A stretch of DNA of 64,000 bases, taken from contig NC_086119.1 in the NCBI RefSeq assembly GCF_963921235.1, positions 46,252,001 through 46,316,000 on the forward strand. Direction: 5' to 3'. This DNA comes from Mobula hypostoma (Eukaryota). Below, piece by piece: positions 50,031-61,554 of this stretch (the stretch's first letter is position 1; each line of letters begins with the position of its first letter). The position numbers were made by a program, and so were the translations under genes. A model generated the notes under the pieces. That model was not told the DNA's origin. It saw only the letters and a program-made list of their open reading frames with translations, and made no database searches.

Positions 50031-50886
50031 CATCACCAACCTCTCAAAGCACTTCATTACAATGGACGTACAGTAAGTGCTACTGAATAATAGTAATTGA
50101 AGAAGTTTAGCACGTTCTTCCTAGGCACCAGTATGATTGAAGCCCGTTTGAAGCAGATGGGTATCTCACACTGCCCCAGGCTGTGCTGAAACCCAAATAT
50201 TACAGGTTACAGGTTTGGTTTACCTTAATTAGTATTTACTTAAAGATGTATTTAAGAATTCATTTTCAGAAACTGCTTGTCACTGGCAAGACCAACATTT
50301 ATTGCCTTTTCCTAGCTGCCCGTGAGAAGATGGTGGCGAGCTGCCTTCTCAAAACACATCAGTCCTTCTGGTAAAGGTACTCCCACAACGGTATGGGAAG
50401 GAGGTTCCAAGATCGAGACCCAGTGATAATGAAAGACCGCCAATGCTTGAATCTTCTACCTTTCCCTCTCAGTATTAGTAGTCAGAAGTTTGGGACAAAA
50501 TGTCAGAGTAACCTGGGCAATTAACAGTAGCGTATTTTGTAGATGGTGCACACTACAACCACTGTCTGCTGTTGGTGGAGAGAATTCTTGCTTCAGGAGA
50601 TTGATGAGCTCCTAGCCAAGAAGACCAATTTGTCAAATATCTTCTCGTTTGTTGACCCTGAACTTAATGTGCAGTGGGAAAGTAGTTGGAAAATTGATTC
50701 ATTTGCTGAGACTCAAGGTTTTTCCATTATCAAAGAGGAAGTTTCCTTGCCCAAGCTTCACTTAATCCCATGAGGACTCTATATCACAAGGTCTCCTACC
50801 AATCTTTGTAGTCAACTCTGGTAGGTCTGTCCTGCCTTTGCTGAAAGATGTGCCCAGGGATTGTGACAGAGGAACCTGGTACATCA

Positions 50887-50986
50887 GAGTCCTGAAGAAG
50901 GGTCTCAGCCCAAAATGTTAACTGTTTATTCATTTCCATAGATGCTGCCTAACCTGCTGAGTTCCTCCAGCATCTTGTGTGTGTTG
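50887..50986 (+). mobile_element. Solo PLE hammerhead-plus-tail unit (about 100 bp)
   Basis: agtc-CTGAAGA-agggtctcagccc-AAAA-tg-tt-aact followed by the PLE tail. The flanks acctggtacatca (50874-50886) and atctggtacatga (50987-50999) match at 11/13. Confidence 0.8.
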
Positions 50987-51207
50987 ATCTGGTACATGAT
51001 CTGCAATAAATGATCATATGAAGCAGATTTTGTCAAGCTGATGCTTGACCAGTCTGTGGGAGGGATGATAAGAATGAACATGCTGTGTTCAAAGGAAGCC
51101 CAATGTCTGATGCACTAATTGTCATCCTCCAAAACTACCAGAGGTTCCAGGACAGTTCCCACAGATTGGAAAGTAGGAGATATAACCCAACTGGTTAGAA
51201 AAGGAGG

Positions 51208-51241
51208 GTGTGTGTGAGAGAGTGAGTGTGAGTGGGTGAGT

Positions 51242-51272
<31 letters not shown>
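51208..51272. repeat. Compound (GT)/(GAGT)/(GA)n microsatellite
   Basis: Directly visible. It sits inside decayed CR1 sequence. Confidence 0.9.
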
Positions 51273-51549
51273 GACATATAGCCTGGCATCAGTAGTGAGA
51301 ACAGAAATTTATCAGTAAACAAGTGGTAACAGAGTACTTAGAAAATAGCAATAGAACTGGACAGGTCAACGTACATTTCAAAAATGGAAATCAAGTTTGA
51401 CAAACCTACTGGAAAAATTTCAAGTTGTATCTACATATGTACAAATTAGTAAATATGTGTTTGATATCTCAGATGTGCTTTATAAAATGTTATTAAATAA
51501 AATCATGCAAGTGGGTTTTTGGGTAACATACTGTACTTGCACCATGCGG

Positions 51550-52313
51550 TTTGCAGTGTACGTTCTGGCCCTGGTGGACGTCAGGCTGGCACTGGAGGAG
51601 CTGTGCACTGTGATCTATAGCCATGAGACAGCACACCCTGATGCCTTCCCAATTGTTGCAGGAGACTTCAACCAGGCCAGCCTGAAGAAGTCTCTGATCA
51701 ACCACCACCAAAATGGCATCTGCAGAACTAGAGGAGCCAATGTACTCAGTCACTGTTACGCCATCATCAGGAACATTTACTGTGCCATCATGTGCCCGCG
51801 CTTGACATCGTACTTCTACTGCCAGCATATTGGCAGAGACTGATGTCTGTAATACCCACGGTGAGGACAGCGATGGTGTGGTCCAGAGAGGTGGAGGAAT
51901 GATTACAGGACTGCTTTCAATCAGTGGAGTGGACCACAATCCAGAATTTATCTTTGCACCTGAACGAATATGCCATCATCAAGACCAGTGTGGACAAGTA
52001 AATGCCTTTGAGAACGTACCGAGTCTAACCAAACCAGAAACTGTCGATGAACCAGGAGGTTCACTGTATACAGAGGGATGTGTCATTCAAGACTGGAGAT
52101 CAAGAATTAAACATGAAGTCCAGGTATGACATACAGAAGGCCATTGTGATAGTGGGAAGGCATTTCCAAATGAAACTAGACTGAATTGGATAGACAGCTG
52201 CTGGGGCAGGGTTTGTATGCCATTACTTCCTCTAAGGCTACAACTAACAGCATAAATGGCAGTGATGCTTCGTTCCCTGATAAGCTCAATGCCTCATATG
52301 CACACTTTGAAAG
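51550..52313 (+). mobile_element. Rex1/Babar-like LINE endonuclease-to-linker fragment
   Basis: Peptides HETAHPDAFPIVAGDFNQASLKKSL...TRGANVLSHCY and DASFPDKLNASYAHFE. Confidence 0.8.
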
Positions 52314-52545
52314 AATGGTGCCGCATAAAAGACTTATCCATAAGGTAAGCATGAATGGAGCTTGGGGTCATGTATTAGCATAGATAGTGGATTTGATAGT
52401 CAATGGAAGGCAGAGGCTTGAGCTAAACGGGCATTTCTCTGGTTGGTAACCAGTCGTAAGTGGAGTGCTACAGGGCTCAGTGCTGGACCTGCAACTGTTC
52501 ACAATATATATTAAAGATTTGGAAAGGGGACAGCGCGTAAAATAT

Positions 52546-53030
52546 GCACTCAGTGGCTACTTTATTAGGTACACCTGTACACCTGTTCATTAATACAAAT
52601 ATCTAATCAGTCCATCATGTGGCAGTGACTTAATGCATAAAAGCATGGAGACATGGTCAAGAGGTTCGTTTGTTGTTCAGACCAGACATCAGAATGGGGA
52701 AAAATTGTGATCTTAGTGACTTTGACCATGGAGTGATTGTTGGTGCCAGATGGGGTGCTTTGAGAATCTCAGAAACTTCTGGTTTCTTGGGATTTCCATG
52801 CACAACAGTCTCCAGAGTTTACAGAGAATGGTACACGAAACAACAAAAAAAAATCCAATGGGTGGTTGTCCTATGGGCAAACATGCCTTGTTAATAAGAA
52901 ACATCAGAGGAGAATAGCTAGACTGGTTCAAGCCAACAGGAAGGTGGCAATGACTCAAATAATCATGCATTAGATCAGTAGTATGCAGAAGGGTATCTTT
53001 GCTTGGACAACTGCTGTACCTTGGAGTACA
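52546..53030 (+). mobile_element. Tc1-like transposon 5' part with transposase N-terminus
   Basis: Terminus cactcagtggctactttattaggtacacc and peptide MGKNCDLSDFDHGVIVGARWGALRISETSGFLGFPCTTVSRVYREW (paired-like HTH). It is inserted into CR1. Confidence 0.88.
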
Positions 53031-53600
53031 CCATTGGAAGATGGAGCAGGATGCAAAAAAATAGAAGATCAGGTTATTATTTAAACGATCAGTGACTGCA
53101 ACAAGCTGCTGAGCAGAGGGACTTGGATGTGCTTGGGCATGAATTGCAAACGGCTGGCTTGCAGGTGCAAACAGATTATTAAGAAGGCAAATGGAATATT
53201 GGCCTTCATTGCTCGAGGAATTAAATTTAAGAGCAGGAAGATTATGCTACAACTGTACAGGATAGTGGTGAGGCCACAGTTGGAGTACTGCATGCAATTC
53301 TGGTCTCCGTTCTTGAGGAAACACAGACAGGCTTTGGAGATGGTGCAGCTGGTTCCAGAGATGAGGATGTTAGCCTGTGAGGACAGACTGAGTTGCTTGA
53401 GACTATACTTGCTGGAATTCAGAAGAATGAGGGGGGAATTTGTAGAAAAATTATGAAAAGAGTATATAAATAGAAGCAGAGAAGTTATTTCCACTGGTAG
53501 GTGAGACTAGAACGGGGGACCGGGGGAGCATAGGGTCAAGATTTGGGGAGTAGCTTTAGGACAGAGATACGGAGGATCTACTTTTCCCACAGTAGCGGAT
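53030..53600 (+). mobile_element. CR1 LINE RT C-terminus (continues 52315-52545)
   Basis: Peptide KKANGILAFIARGIKFKSRKIMLQLYRIVVRPQLEYCMQFWSP. Confidence 0.88.
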
Positions 53601-53609
53601 GTATGAAGG

Positions 53610-54298
53610 AACATCAACAAATTTGCTGATGACCCCGCTGCTGTTGGTAAAATCTCAGATGGTGAAGAGGAGGCACATGGTAGCAAGGTAGATTGGCTGC
53701 TTGAGTGGTGCTACAACAACAATCTTGCACTCAACATCAGAAAGACCAAGGAACTGATTGTGGGCTTCAGGGATGGGAAGTTGGGAGTTTGAGAAGATTT
53801 GTTAAGTGATCAAAGACTCCTGCAAATGTCTTTAGCTGTACGATGGAGAGCATTTTGACTGGTTGTCTCATAGCCTGACATGGATGCTCCAATGGATAGC
53901 ATTGCAAGAGGCTGCAGAGGCTTGTAGCCTCAGCTCGCTCCAACACAATCACTATCCTCCCCACCACCGAGGACATCTTCAGGAGGTGATGCCTTGAGAA
54001 GGCAGCAACCATCATTAGGGACCCTCACCATTTGGGACATGCCCTCTTTCGTGTTATTCCTCTCGTGCATGAAGTTCAGGAGCCTGCAAATCCACATTCA
54101 TCAGCTTAGGAACTGATTCATCCCCTCCACCATCTGATTTCTGAATGGTCCACGAACTCATCAACAGTACCTTGTTATTCCTTTTTTTTTGCACTAATTA
54201 TTTAGTTTTGTAATTTATAGATTTTTTTATGTCTACTGCTGCAAGACAACAAATTTCACATCATATGTAAAAGACAATAGCCCTGTTTGTGATTCTGA
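53610..54298 (+). mobile_element. Rex1/Babar-like LINE 3' part
   Basis: Peptides KFADD and WCYNNNLALNIRKTKELI, with a UTR like 455-823. Confidence 0.8.
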
Positions 54299-54374
54299 AA
54301 TGCTGCTACATGAAGTATTATAAGTTAGATGTGGAATTGCTTTGGCCGCTTTTGATGCCATACTTGCTTAGAGT

Positions 54375-54965
54375 CACACCGACCCCCTGCCAATCTAGTT
54401 TAAATGCCCCTGTGCAGCACTGGCAAACATTTCTGCAAGGATATTGTTCTCTCTCTGTTTCACGTGAAGCCCGTTCTTGTGCAGGTCACCTCTACCACAA
54501 GAAATATCCCAGTGGTCCAAGACCCTGAATCCCCACCCCCTGCACAACTCCTCAGCTAAAAATTTACCTGGCCTGTCCTTCGATTTCTGACCTTGCAAGC
54601 TCGTGGCACCGGGAGTAACCTGGACATGACTGCCCTCGAGGTCTTGCTTCCAAACTCCTCATACTCATTCTGCAAGACGTCATCCGTCATTCTACCTATG
54701 TCAGTTGTACCAATATGTACAATGACCTTTGATTGTTCACTCTCTCCTTTGAAAAGTTGCAGCTGCTCAGAGATATCCTTGACCCTGGTGCCCAGGTATC
54801 CTGGCCTCTCCTCTGTGGCCTCAGAATCTCCTGTCTGGCCCCTAACTATCGAGCTTTCAATCACCTTGGCCCTCTCTGACTGCACCCTTCCCCTCTGAGT
54901 CACAGAGCCATTTGCATTGCCAGAGACCTGACTACTGCTACAAGTCCCTGAAAGAACACCCCCAC
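54375..54965 (-). mobile_element. CR1 ORF1 (SGNH esterase-like) fragment
   Basis: Peptides KVIESSIVRG, VIVHIGTTDIGR and DLHKNGLHV. It is homologous to 39200-39760. Confidence 0.8.
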
Positions 54966-55134
54966 TTAAATAACATGATTTTTCCCCCATGATTCTCTGT
55001 CTGAACAACTGCTTCCCGATATCAATGCTGAATAGTCTAGCTCTCGTGTCAAGGTGTAAGCAGCCTCATTGGAGGATGTAATTCTTCCTCAACCCTTTCC
55101 GATCCTTTGCATGCTTCATACAATTATTTGTATG

Positions 55135-55398
55135 TATTATTTTTATTGAGGTACAGCGTGGAATAGGCCCTCTCTGCCCTTCAAGCTGCAGCGCCAAGTA
55201 ACCCCCGTTTATCCCTAGGCTATAGACAATTTACAATGACCAAATAACCTACCAACCGGTACGTCTTTGGACTGTGGCTAGAAACTAGAGGAAACCCACG
55301 TGGTCACTGGGAGAACGTGCAAACTCCTTCAGGCAGGGGTGGGAATTGAACCCAGGTCACTGGTACTGTAAAGCATTGTACTAACCACTACGCCACTG
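55135..55398 (-). mobile_element. V-SINE-like element
   Basis: Homologous to 11643-11935, with A box tggcgtagtggttag and B box ggttcaattcc. Confidence 0.85.
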
Positions 55399-56682
55399 CC
55401 TTCCATCTCATCAGCTAGTTGTGGCTTTTCTATCCCACTTCGTAACAAACCTCTCTGCCTGAGAACTTTTGATACCTAAAATTTGTGTATCCTTATCAGC
55501 TCTCCTTCCTGTGCAGACAGTTTCAGTTTAAAACCTTTCATTGTTTTCAACATTTCTATTGAATCTCCCTTTAAACCTCCGCTCTCAGGGAAGCTTCTCC
55601 GGTGACACTGATAGATGTGTCTTTAGCGATTGTTGCTTTCAGTGTTATGCTAACGTAATTCAGGGAAAACAATATGTTTGTGTGGAAATTTGGAGATGAC
55701 CATCAAAGGGAAATAAATAGATAATGTTACATTTCATTGGCAGGCAAAAATACTTTCAGCCTACTGGGAGATTTATAGCTTCATACAGTCCCTTTATTTT
55801 GCTACTCTTTCTAACAATGAATATCTTTATCCAATAATTAGATACGCCGCATGTACACAATAGCAACATAGTTCTGAAGTATTCCTCTGAGGAATTTTGT
55901 TAAGTGCTCTCTATGCAATAGAACAGTGAATGCAGATTTAATAGCATCCCCTGCAGTTCCCTGCCTTCTGGGCCTGTAAAGCTTCACACAGTAATGGTTG
56001 TGCAGTAATTCTCCTGCTTAACAGTGACTTCATTCTCGATCCACCTTCAGATAATGTGCATGAGTAACTGCTGAAGACATTTTGAGTGGTTTTATTGCCC
56101 TGGCTATTCATTTCAGCAAATTGCCTACACTTCTATACATGTTTCCTGTCAGTATTTCCCTTCCATTTTTCTTCATGTCACCTTAAGCCCCAGCAAGAAT
56201 TTTTTTTTAAACTTTGGATATGTTTTGCTGGGGGTTCTGTCCTTGCAGTGTTTCTAGAGGGCCAATACGGTGAGTGCAAGGTAGATTTCAAAAGGGAATG
56301 GTCTCAGAGGACCAGTAAATCTCCATGAATTCTGACAGAGTCCTTGACCTGAAATTTTAGCTGTTTCTCCTCCCATAGATGCAGCCTGATCTGCTGAGTG
56401 TTTTCCAGTGTAATCTGTTTTCATTTTACAATAGAACACAATAAAAGACACATTAAGTAAACATTGTGACCCTGATGTTAACTCTGATCCCTGCCTCTGC
56501 CTGCCCCAGACTGTCACTTTGTGAAGTAGCATCGTGAACTGCTATCACCTTCCCCAATGGTGTCTCAAACCCTGAAGCTGATCTTCACTTTAAAGCTGGT
56601 GAGAAGGATATTTGCTCAAACTGCTAAGGCCATCTTTACAAAGGTAGAGCAAAGACCGGATAGGTAGAGCGAAGGTCTTCCT

Positions 56683-57318
56683 AGTCGCTCCCAGTGCGGC
56701 CTTCTCTACATCGGTGAAACCCGATGCAGATTGGGGGACCGCTTTGTCGAGCACCTCCGCTCCATTCTCCACAACAGACAGGATCTCCCGGTTCACCCAC
56801 TTCAACTCTGCTTCCCATTCCCATTTGGATATGTCCATACATGGCCTCCTCTACTGCCATGATGAGGCTAAACTCAGGTTGGAGGAGCAACACCTCATAT
56901 ACCGTCTAGGTAGTCTCCAGCCCCTTGGTATGATCATAGAATTCTCCAACTTCAGGCAATTCCCTCCCCCTCCCTTCCCCCATCCCAGTTTCACTCTGCC
57001 CCCTCCCCCAGCTGCCTATCACCTCCCTCATGGTTCTGCCTCCTTCTACTACCCATTGTGCTTTCCCCTATTCCTTCTTCATCATTCCTGCCTATCACCT
57101 CCCTGCCTTCCCTTCCCTACCCCTTTATCTTTCCCCTTATTGGTTTTTCACCTGGAACCTACCAGCCTTCTCCTTCCCACTCTCCACCCACCTTCTTTAT
57201 AGGGCCTCTGCCCCCTCCCTCTACAGTCCTGACGAAGGGTTCCGGCCCGAAACGTTGACTGATCGTTTCCACAGATGCTGCTCGACCTGCTGAGTTCCTC
57301 CAGCGTGTTGTGAGTGTC
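56683..57318 (+). mobile_element. Penelope-like element 3' fragment (distinct subfamily)
   Basis: Peptides RSQCGLLYIGETRCRLGDRFVEHLRSI and THFNSASHSH...LEEQHLIYRLGSLQP, followed by UTR, hammerhead and tail. Confidence 0.9.
57224..57261 (+). ncRNA. Minimal type I hammerhead ribozyme motif, intact core
   Basis: cagtc-CTGACGA-a-gggttccggccc-GAAA-cg-TT-gactg. Confidence 0.87.
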
Positions 57319-57504
57319 ACTTCTTTACAGGACAAATCTGTTGACAGGTTGATCACAAGCCAGAACAAGTAGGTTATTTCTTTAGCTCCTACATATTATC
57401 TGTGGTGTTCCTGTGCTTCAGAAGGAGCAGGAGAGCAGCTTTGGCTCCCACAGAGGATATCGGCACTTCCTTTGCCACTGACTTTACCTCCCAATCACAT
57501 ATTG

Positions 57505-57636
57505 GAAAATCAAGGACCAGCTGGATATGTGAAAAACAAAGATCAATCATGTTATTGAAAATCAAGGAGCAATAATCTTTTTTTGAAAGTCAAGGACCTT
57601 TCACATGCCTGAAAATCAAGGACCAGTCAGGTATCT
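57505..57636. repeat. Degenerate ~26-bp tandem array, 5 units, core GAAAATCAAGGACC
   Basis: Units start at 57505, 57531, 57557, 57585 and 57611. Confidence 0.8.
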
Positions 57637-58629
57637 GGTAGTCTGTGCTGCTCTTTCAAAGGACAATCCACCTCCTCCCACAATGTCACACTCTACGCAT
57701 TCTTCCAAGTTCAGGTAGGTACCTACTGGAGAACGCCTTTCCCAGGGTATTGTGTTGGGGAGGTGATGTATTCTGGAAAGGCTAGAATGGAGACTGACCT
57801 TAAAATTGGAATTAAATCGTTCAAGAAGGATGTAGGAATCATCCTTCGACCAAAGGGTAAAGAAAATCTTGAACTATCACCCCAAAAAGATGCTGAGACA
57901 AGGAAGACAGTTAAAGATCTCAAAGCTGGAAGCTTTTTAGTGGGCAACAGTTTTTAATGGTGAATGCAAAAAAAATTATAACGAGGCAGCCACTATCCTG
58001 ACATTGTTACATTTGCTGTCTGCTGGTAGCTTTCAACGATCATATCTTGCCTCCCATTAAGAGATAACCTAATAAATGGGGTAGCAGAGGGTGACAACTG
58101 ACATATAGATCCACCCATTGACCCAAAAAGCTCTTCGTAAAAGAAAGGAGCAGTGGTTGGAGGATAAACATTTCTGAGAAATCCTAAGATGGATGGAGTT
58201 CAGAAGTGAATCAGCTTTGATTTCAACAGCAAAATCTCTAAGATACTCAGAGGTAGTAGGTCAGAGGTTAATGTAGTTAGGTAATCAACCATAGCAATTT
58301 AATATACAGTAGATAATTACTTCAAACTCAAATTAGAATGTTAATCATTCCTGTAAATGGCAAGAAAATGTTATTGAGTGAACTGCTGAACTGTATAAAT
58401 AAACTGATGTGATCTGTAAACAGATAAAGGAAAATGGAGAGTGAGTTGAGTTCAATGAACTCATCAAATTAGTGATGTATTATGTTTATTCTCAGTAACA
58501 TCTTCTCATCTTCTTCAACATCCACCTAGAGACCTAATGTGAAGTACATTTAATTCATTTATAATTATTTTTACTCCTCATGTATGTGAAGGATGTAAGA
58601 AATAAAGTCAATTCATTTATTCATTCATT

Positions 58630-59290
58630 GAGACATTATTCTGAGGAGCACATTATAAGAAGGATAGGATATGAATCACCATAGAGAGTGCTGAGAAGAT
58701 TCACCAGGATGTTACCTGGATTGTAGGAGTTTAGTTATGGAGAGAAATTCAATAGTTTGGGCTTATTTTTCCTGGGAGTTTGAGGAGTGACCTGACAGAC
58801 GTTTGTAAAATTATCAGAGGCACAGATGGGGTAGGCAATCTGAATATTTTCTCCCATTGTGAGGATATAAAAAAAAGAGGTTATAGATTTAAGGTAAGAA
58901 GAAGTTATAAAGAGGAATGTAGAGGAAAGTTTTTTTTAATGAAAGAGATGGTTAATATCCCGCAAACAACAGGAATTCTGCAGATACTGGAAATTCAAGC
59001 AACACACATACAAGTTGCTGGTGAACGCAGCAGGCCAGGCAGCATCTCTAGCAAGAGGTGTAGTCGACGTTTCAGGCCGAGACCCTCCGTCAGGACTAAC
59101 TAAAGGAAGAGTGAGTAAGGGATTTTTAATATCCCGGTTGGGCTACCGTTCTGTACAAAATTCCTGAAACACTCTGCGGCGAGTCCCAGGTTTCAGGCCG
59201 TGCCGTGGGCCCACGAAAGAACCTGGGTGTTTAAACAGTGTCTGGACAGCCAGAGGCATGGCAGCGTGAGGACTGGGTCTGAACACGACT
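58630..59290 (+). mobile_element. Decayed CR1 3' end, interrupted
   Basis: Peptides RRFTRMLPGL and RSDLTDVCKIIRG. CR1 UTR sequence resumes near 59228. Confidence 0.65.
58961..59125 (-). mobile_element. Short PLE terminal fragment with hammerhead variant
   Basis: Near-identical in reverse to 33909-34069. An 11-bp duplication ttaatatcccg lies at 58952-58962 and 59126-59136. The motif at 59061-59098 reads tagtc-CTGACGG-agggtctcggcct-GAAA-cg-TC-gacta. Confidence 0.88.
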
Positions 59291-59539
59291 TGGTCACTCC
59301 AACAGCAAACTGGTTAAAAACGGAACATCACTCCACAGGAAACATTCTTAACAACAGATTTTGAATGATGACTCATCTTAAAACCCACTTATTATGAGTA
59401 TAAACAAAGAAGAAATGCATAGCATGCCTTAAATACTTGGAGATTAAATGAACATTAAGAGCTCTGAGTTTTTAAAGCACTTTTGTTTAACTTCAGATGT
59501 TATCCATATTCCATAATGACATACAAAGAGTTCATTGAG

Positions 59540-59778
59540 TCTATGCCAGTTTACAAGACAACTGCTTGTCCCCTGTAATCTATTCTCCACAAGTTCCCAT
59601 CGATTCTAATACCTACTTCACTGGGGGCAGTTTTTATTTTACAATGGTCAATTCGCCTACCAACCTCACAGTGAAAGTGTGCAGACTTCACACAGACAGT
59701 GTCCAGGGTCAGGATCGAACCCGGGCCGCTGGGGCTGGGAGGCAGCAGCTCTGCCAGCTGCACCCACTGTGCCGCCAT
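59540..59778 (-). mobile_element. tRNA-derived SINE, partly deleted
   Basis: Minus strand ggcggcacagtgggtgcagctggcagagctgctgcctcccagccccagcggcccgggttcgatcctgacc contains A and B boxes. Confidence 0.8.
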
Positions 59779-60264
59779 GCCTGCTTGGAGAGGTTGTAGA
59801 AATGGATAGTGCAAGAGAAGGGAAGTAACGAGCAGAGGTGTTGCTGAACCAAGCCACTGCCTCTGATCGTGAGATGCTAATGATAGTTTATGTTAGCTCA
59901 CAGCCAGCCCTGACATTTCCGCCTGCTTCTATTGCTGATTATGTTGTCAGCACTTATATTCGAGCAAAACACATTTGTCACAAAACAAAAGGAGATTTCT
60001 CTTTATTTTTGGAGGCTGCTGTGATAACTTCTCGAATATGAATTTGTCTGAGCTGCAACTATACATCACCCTCCAAGCTATCACCAACCTCTGGTGCGAG
60101 TGTGCTCACTCCACTTTTCTGTGCACAAGTGCTGGAGTTTTGTTACAAGCACCTGCACCCATTCAAGGGATTTCACCTCATGTCCCAGGAGAGCTCAAAG
60201 GCTGCGCTGAAACCTGAGCTCACATCCAGCCCCATTCACCCCTCTCCCATGCACTCTGGCTCAG

Positions 60265-61110
60265 CAGAATCAGATTCAGGTTTAGTATCGCTGGATATGA
60301 AATCTGTTGTTTTGTGACAGCAGTACATTGCAATACATGACAATAAAAACTATAAATTACAATAAGTTAATATACAAAAAGGAAATCAAATTAATTAAGT
60401 AGTGTGAAAAGAGAGGGGAAAAGTACCAAGGTAGTGTACATGGGGTCCATTCAGAAATCTCATAGTGCAGGGGAAGAAGCTGTTCCTGAAATGTTTATTG
60501 TGTGTCTTTGGGATCCTCTACCTCTTCCTCGAAGGTGGAAATGAGGAGAGGGCACGTCCTGGGAGGTGGGGGTCCGTAATGATGGGTGCCTCCCTTTTGG
60601 GGCATCGCCTTTTGAAAGTGCTCTGGGTGCTGGGAAGGCTGGTGCCCATGATGGGGCTGGCTGAGTTTATAAGTTTCTGCAGCTTTTTCCGATCCTGTGC
60701 AGCGGCCCCTCCGCACCAGATGGTGATGCAGCCAGTCAGAACGCTCTCCACGGTATGTCTGTAGAAGTTTGCAAGTGTCTTTGGTGACATGCCAATTTTC
60801 CTCAAACTCCTAATGAAATATAGCTGCTCTTGTGCCTTCTTTGTAATTGCGTCAATATGTTGGGCCCAGGATAGGTCATTGGAGATGTTGACACCCAGGA
60901 ACTGAAACGTTCCTGCCCTTTCCACTCTGACCCCTTGATGAGGTCTGTTGTGTGTTCCCTTGACTTCTCCTTCCTGAGGTCCACAATCAACTCCTTGGTC
61001 TTACTGACATCGAGTGTAAGGTTTTTGCTGTGACACCACTCAGCCAGCTGATCTATCTCACTCCTGTACGCCTCCTTGTCACCGTCTGAAATTCTGCCAA
61101 CATGGTTGTT
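60265..61110 (-). mobile_element. Rex1/Babar-like LINE 3' part
   Basis: ORF 60518-60925 reads FQFLGVNISNDLSWAQHIDAITKKAQEQLYFIRSLRK...ESVLTGCITIW. It has an (AATCTG)n tail. Confidence 0.88.
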
Positions 61111-61315
61111 GTGTTATTGGCAACACGGACTCCTTATGCACTCTCCATTGGGTTTCAACATGAAAGTGGGTCCTTTGACCTAGCTCGTCCCTGCCAATCA
61201 TGGTGTCCACCAAGATAGTCTCATTTATCTGTGTTTGATCTATATCCCTCCAAACCTTTCCTACCCGTCTATAGTACTTACCCACATGCCTTTTGGAGGT
61301 TGTTATTGTATCTAC

Positions 61316-61366
61316 AACTCTGCCATGGACGGTTGCCAAGCCCGGCTGCAAAGGACGAAGGTTGGA
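61316..61366 (+). ncRNA. Degenerate twister ribozyme motif
   Basis: AA-CTCT-GCC-atgga-CGG-TTGCC-AAGC-CCGG-ctgcaaa-GGAC-GAAGG-ttgga, compared with the twister layout UAA-P2-GCC-..-CCGG-UCCC-AAGC-CCGG-..-P2'-GAGGG-P1'. Confidence 0.7.
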
Positions 61367-61554
61367 CATGTGGCTAGCAAGCTCATCCTTAAAACCTAGA
61401 GCTCCAGAGGCTCCAAAGACCCCAGGAGAGGAAGGATACACCAAGAAAATGGACTACACCTGGGGACAGCTTGAAAGACTAGCCTGGGGCAGAGGACTCC
61501 GGCAAGCTACTGCCAGCAGCCTATGACCCAGTAGGGGTGATGAGCTTAAGTAAG
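61316..61554 (+). mobile_element. Short bipartite RTE-derived retroposon with 5' twister-like motif
   Basis: An RTE 3' peptide remnant (YTWGQLERLAWGRGLRQ) and a (TAAG)n tail. TSD tattgtatctac (61304-61315) / tattgtacctac (61555-61566). Confidence 0.8.

Noticed and set aside
57505-57636. CRISPR-like repeat/spacer appearance
   Set aside because: The repeats are only 14 bp and degenerate, the spacers are about 12 bp and partly related to each other, the context is eukaryotic and there are no cas genes.
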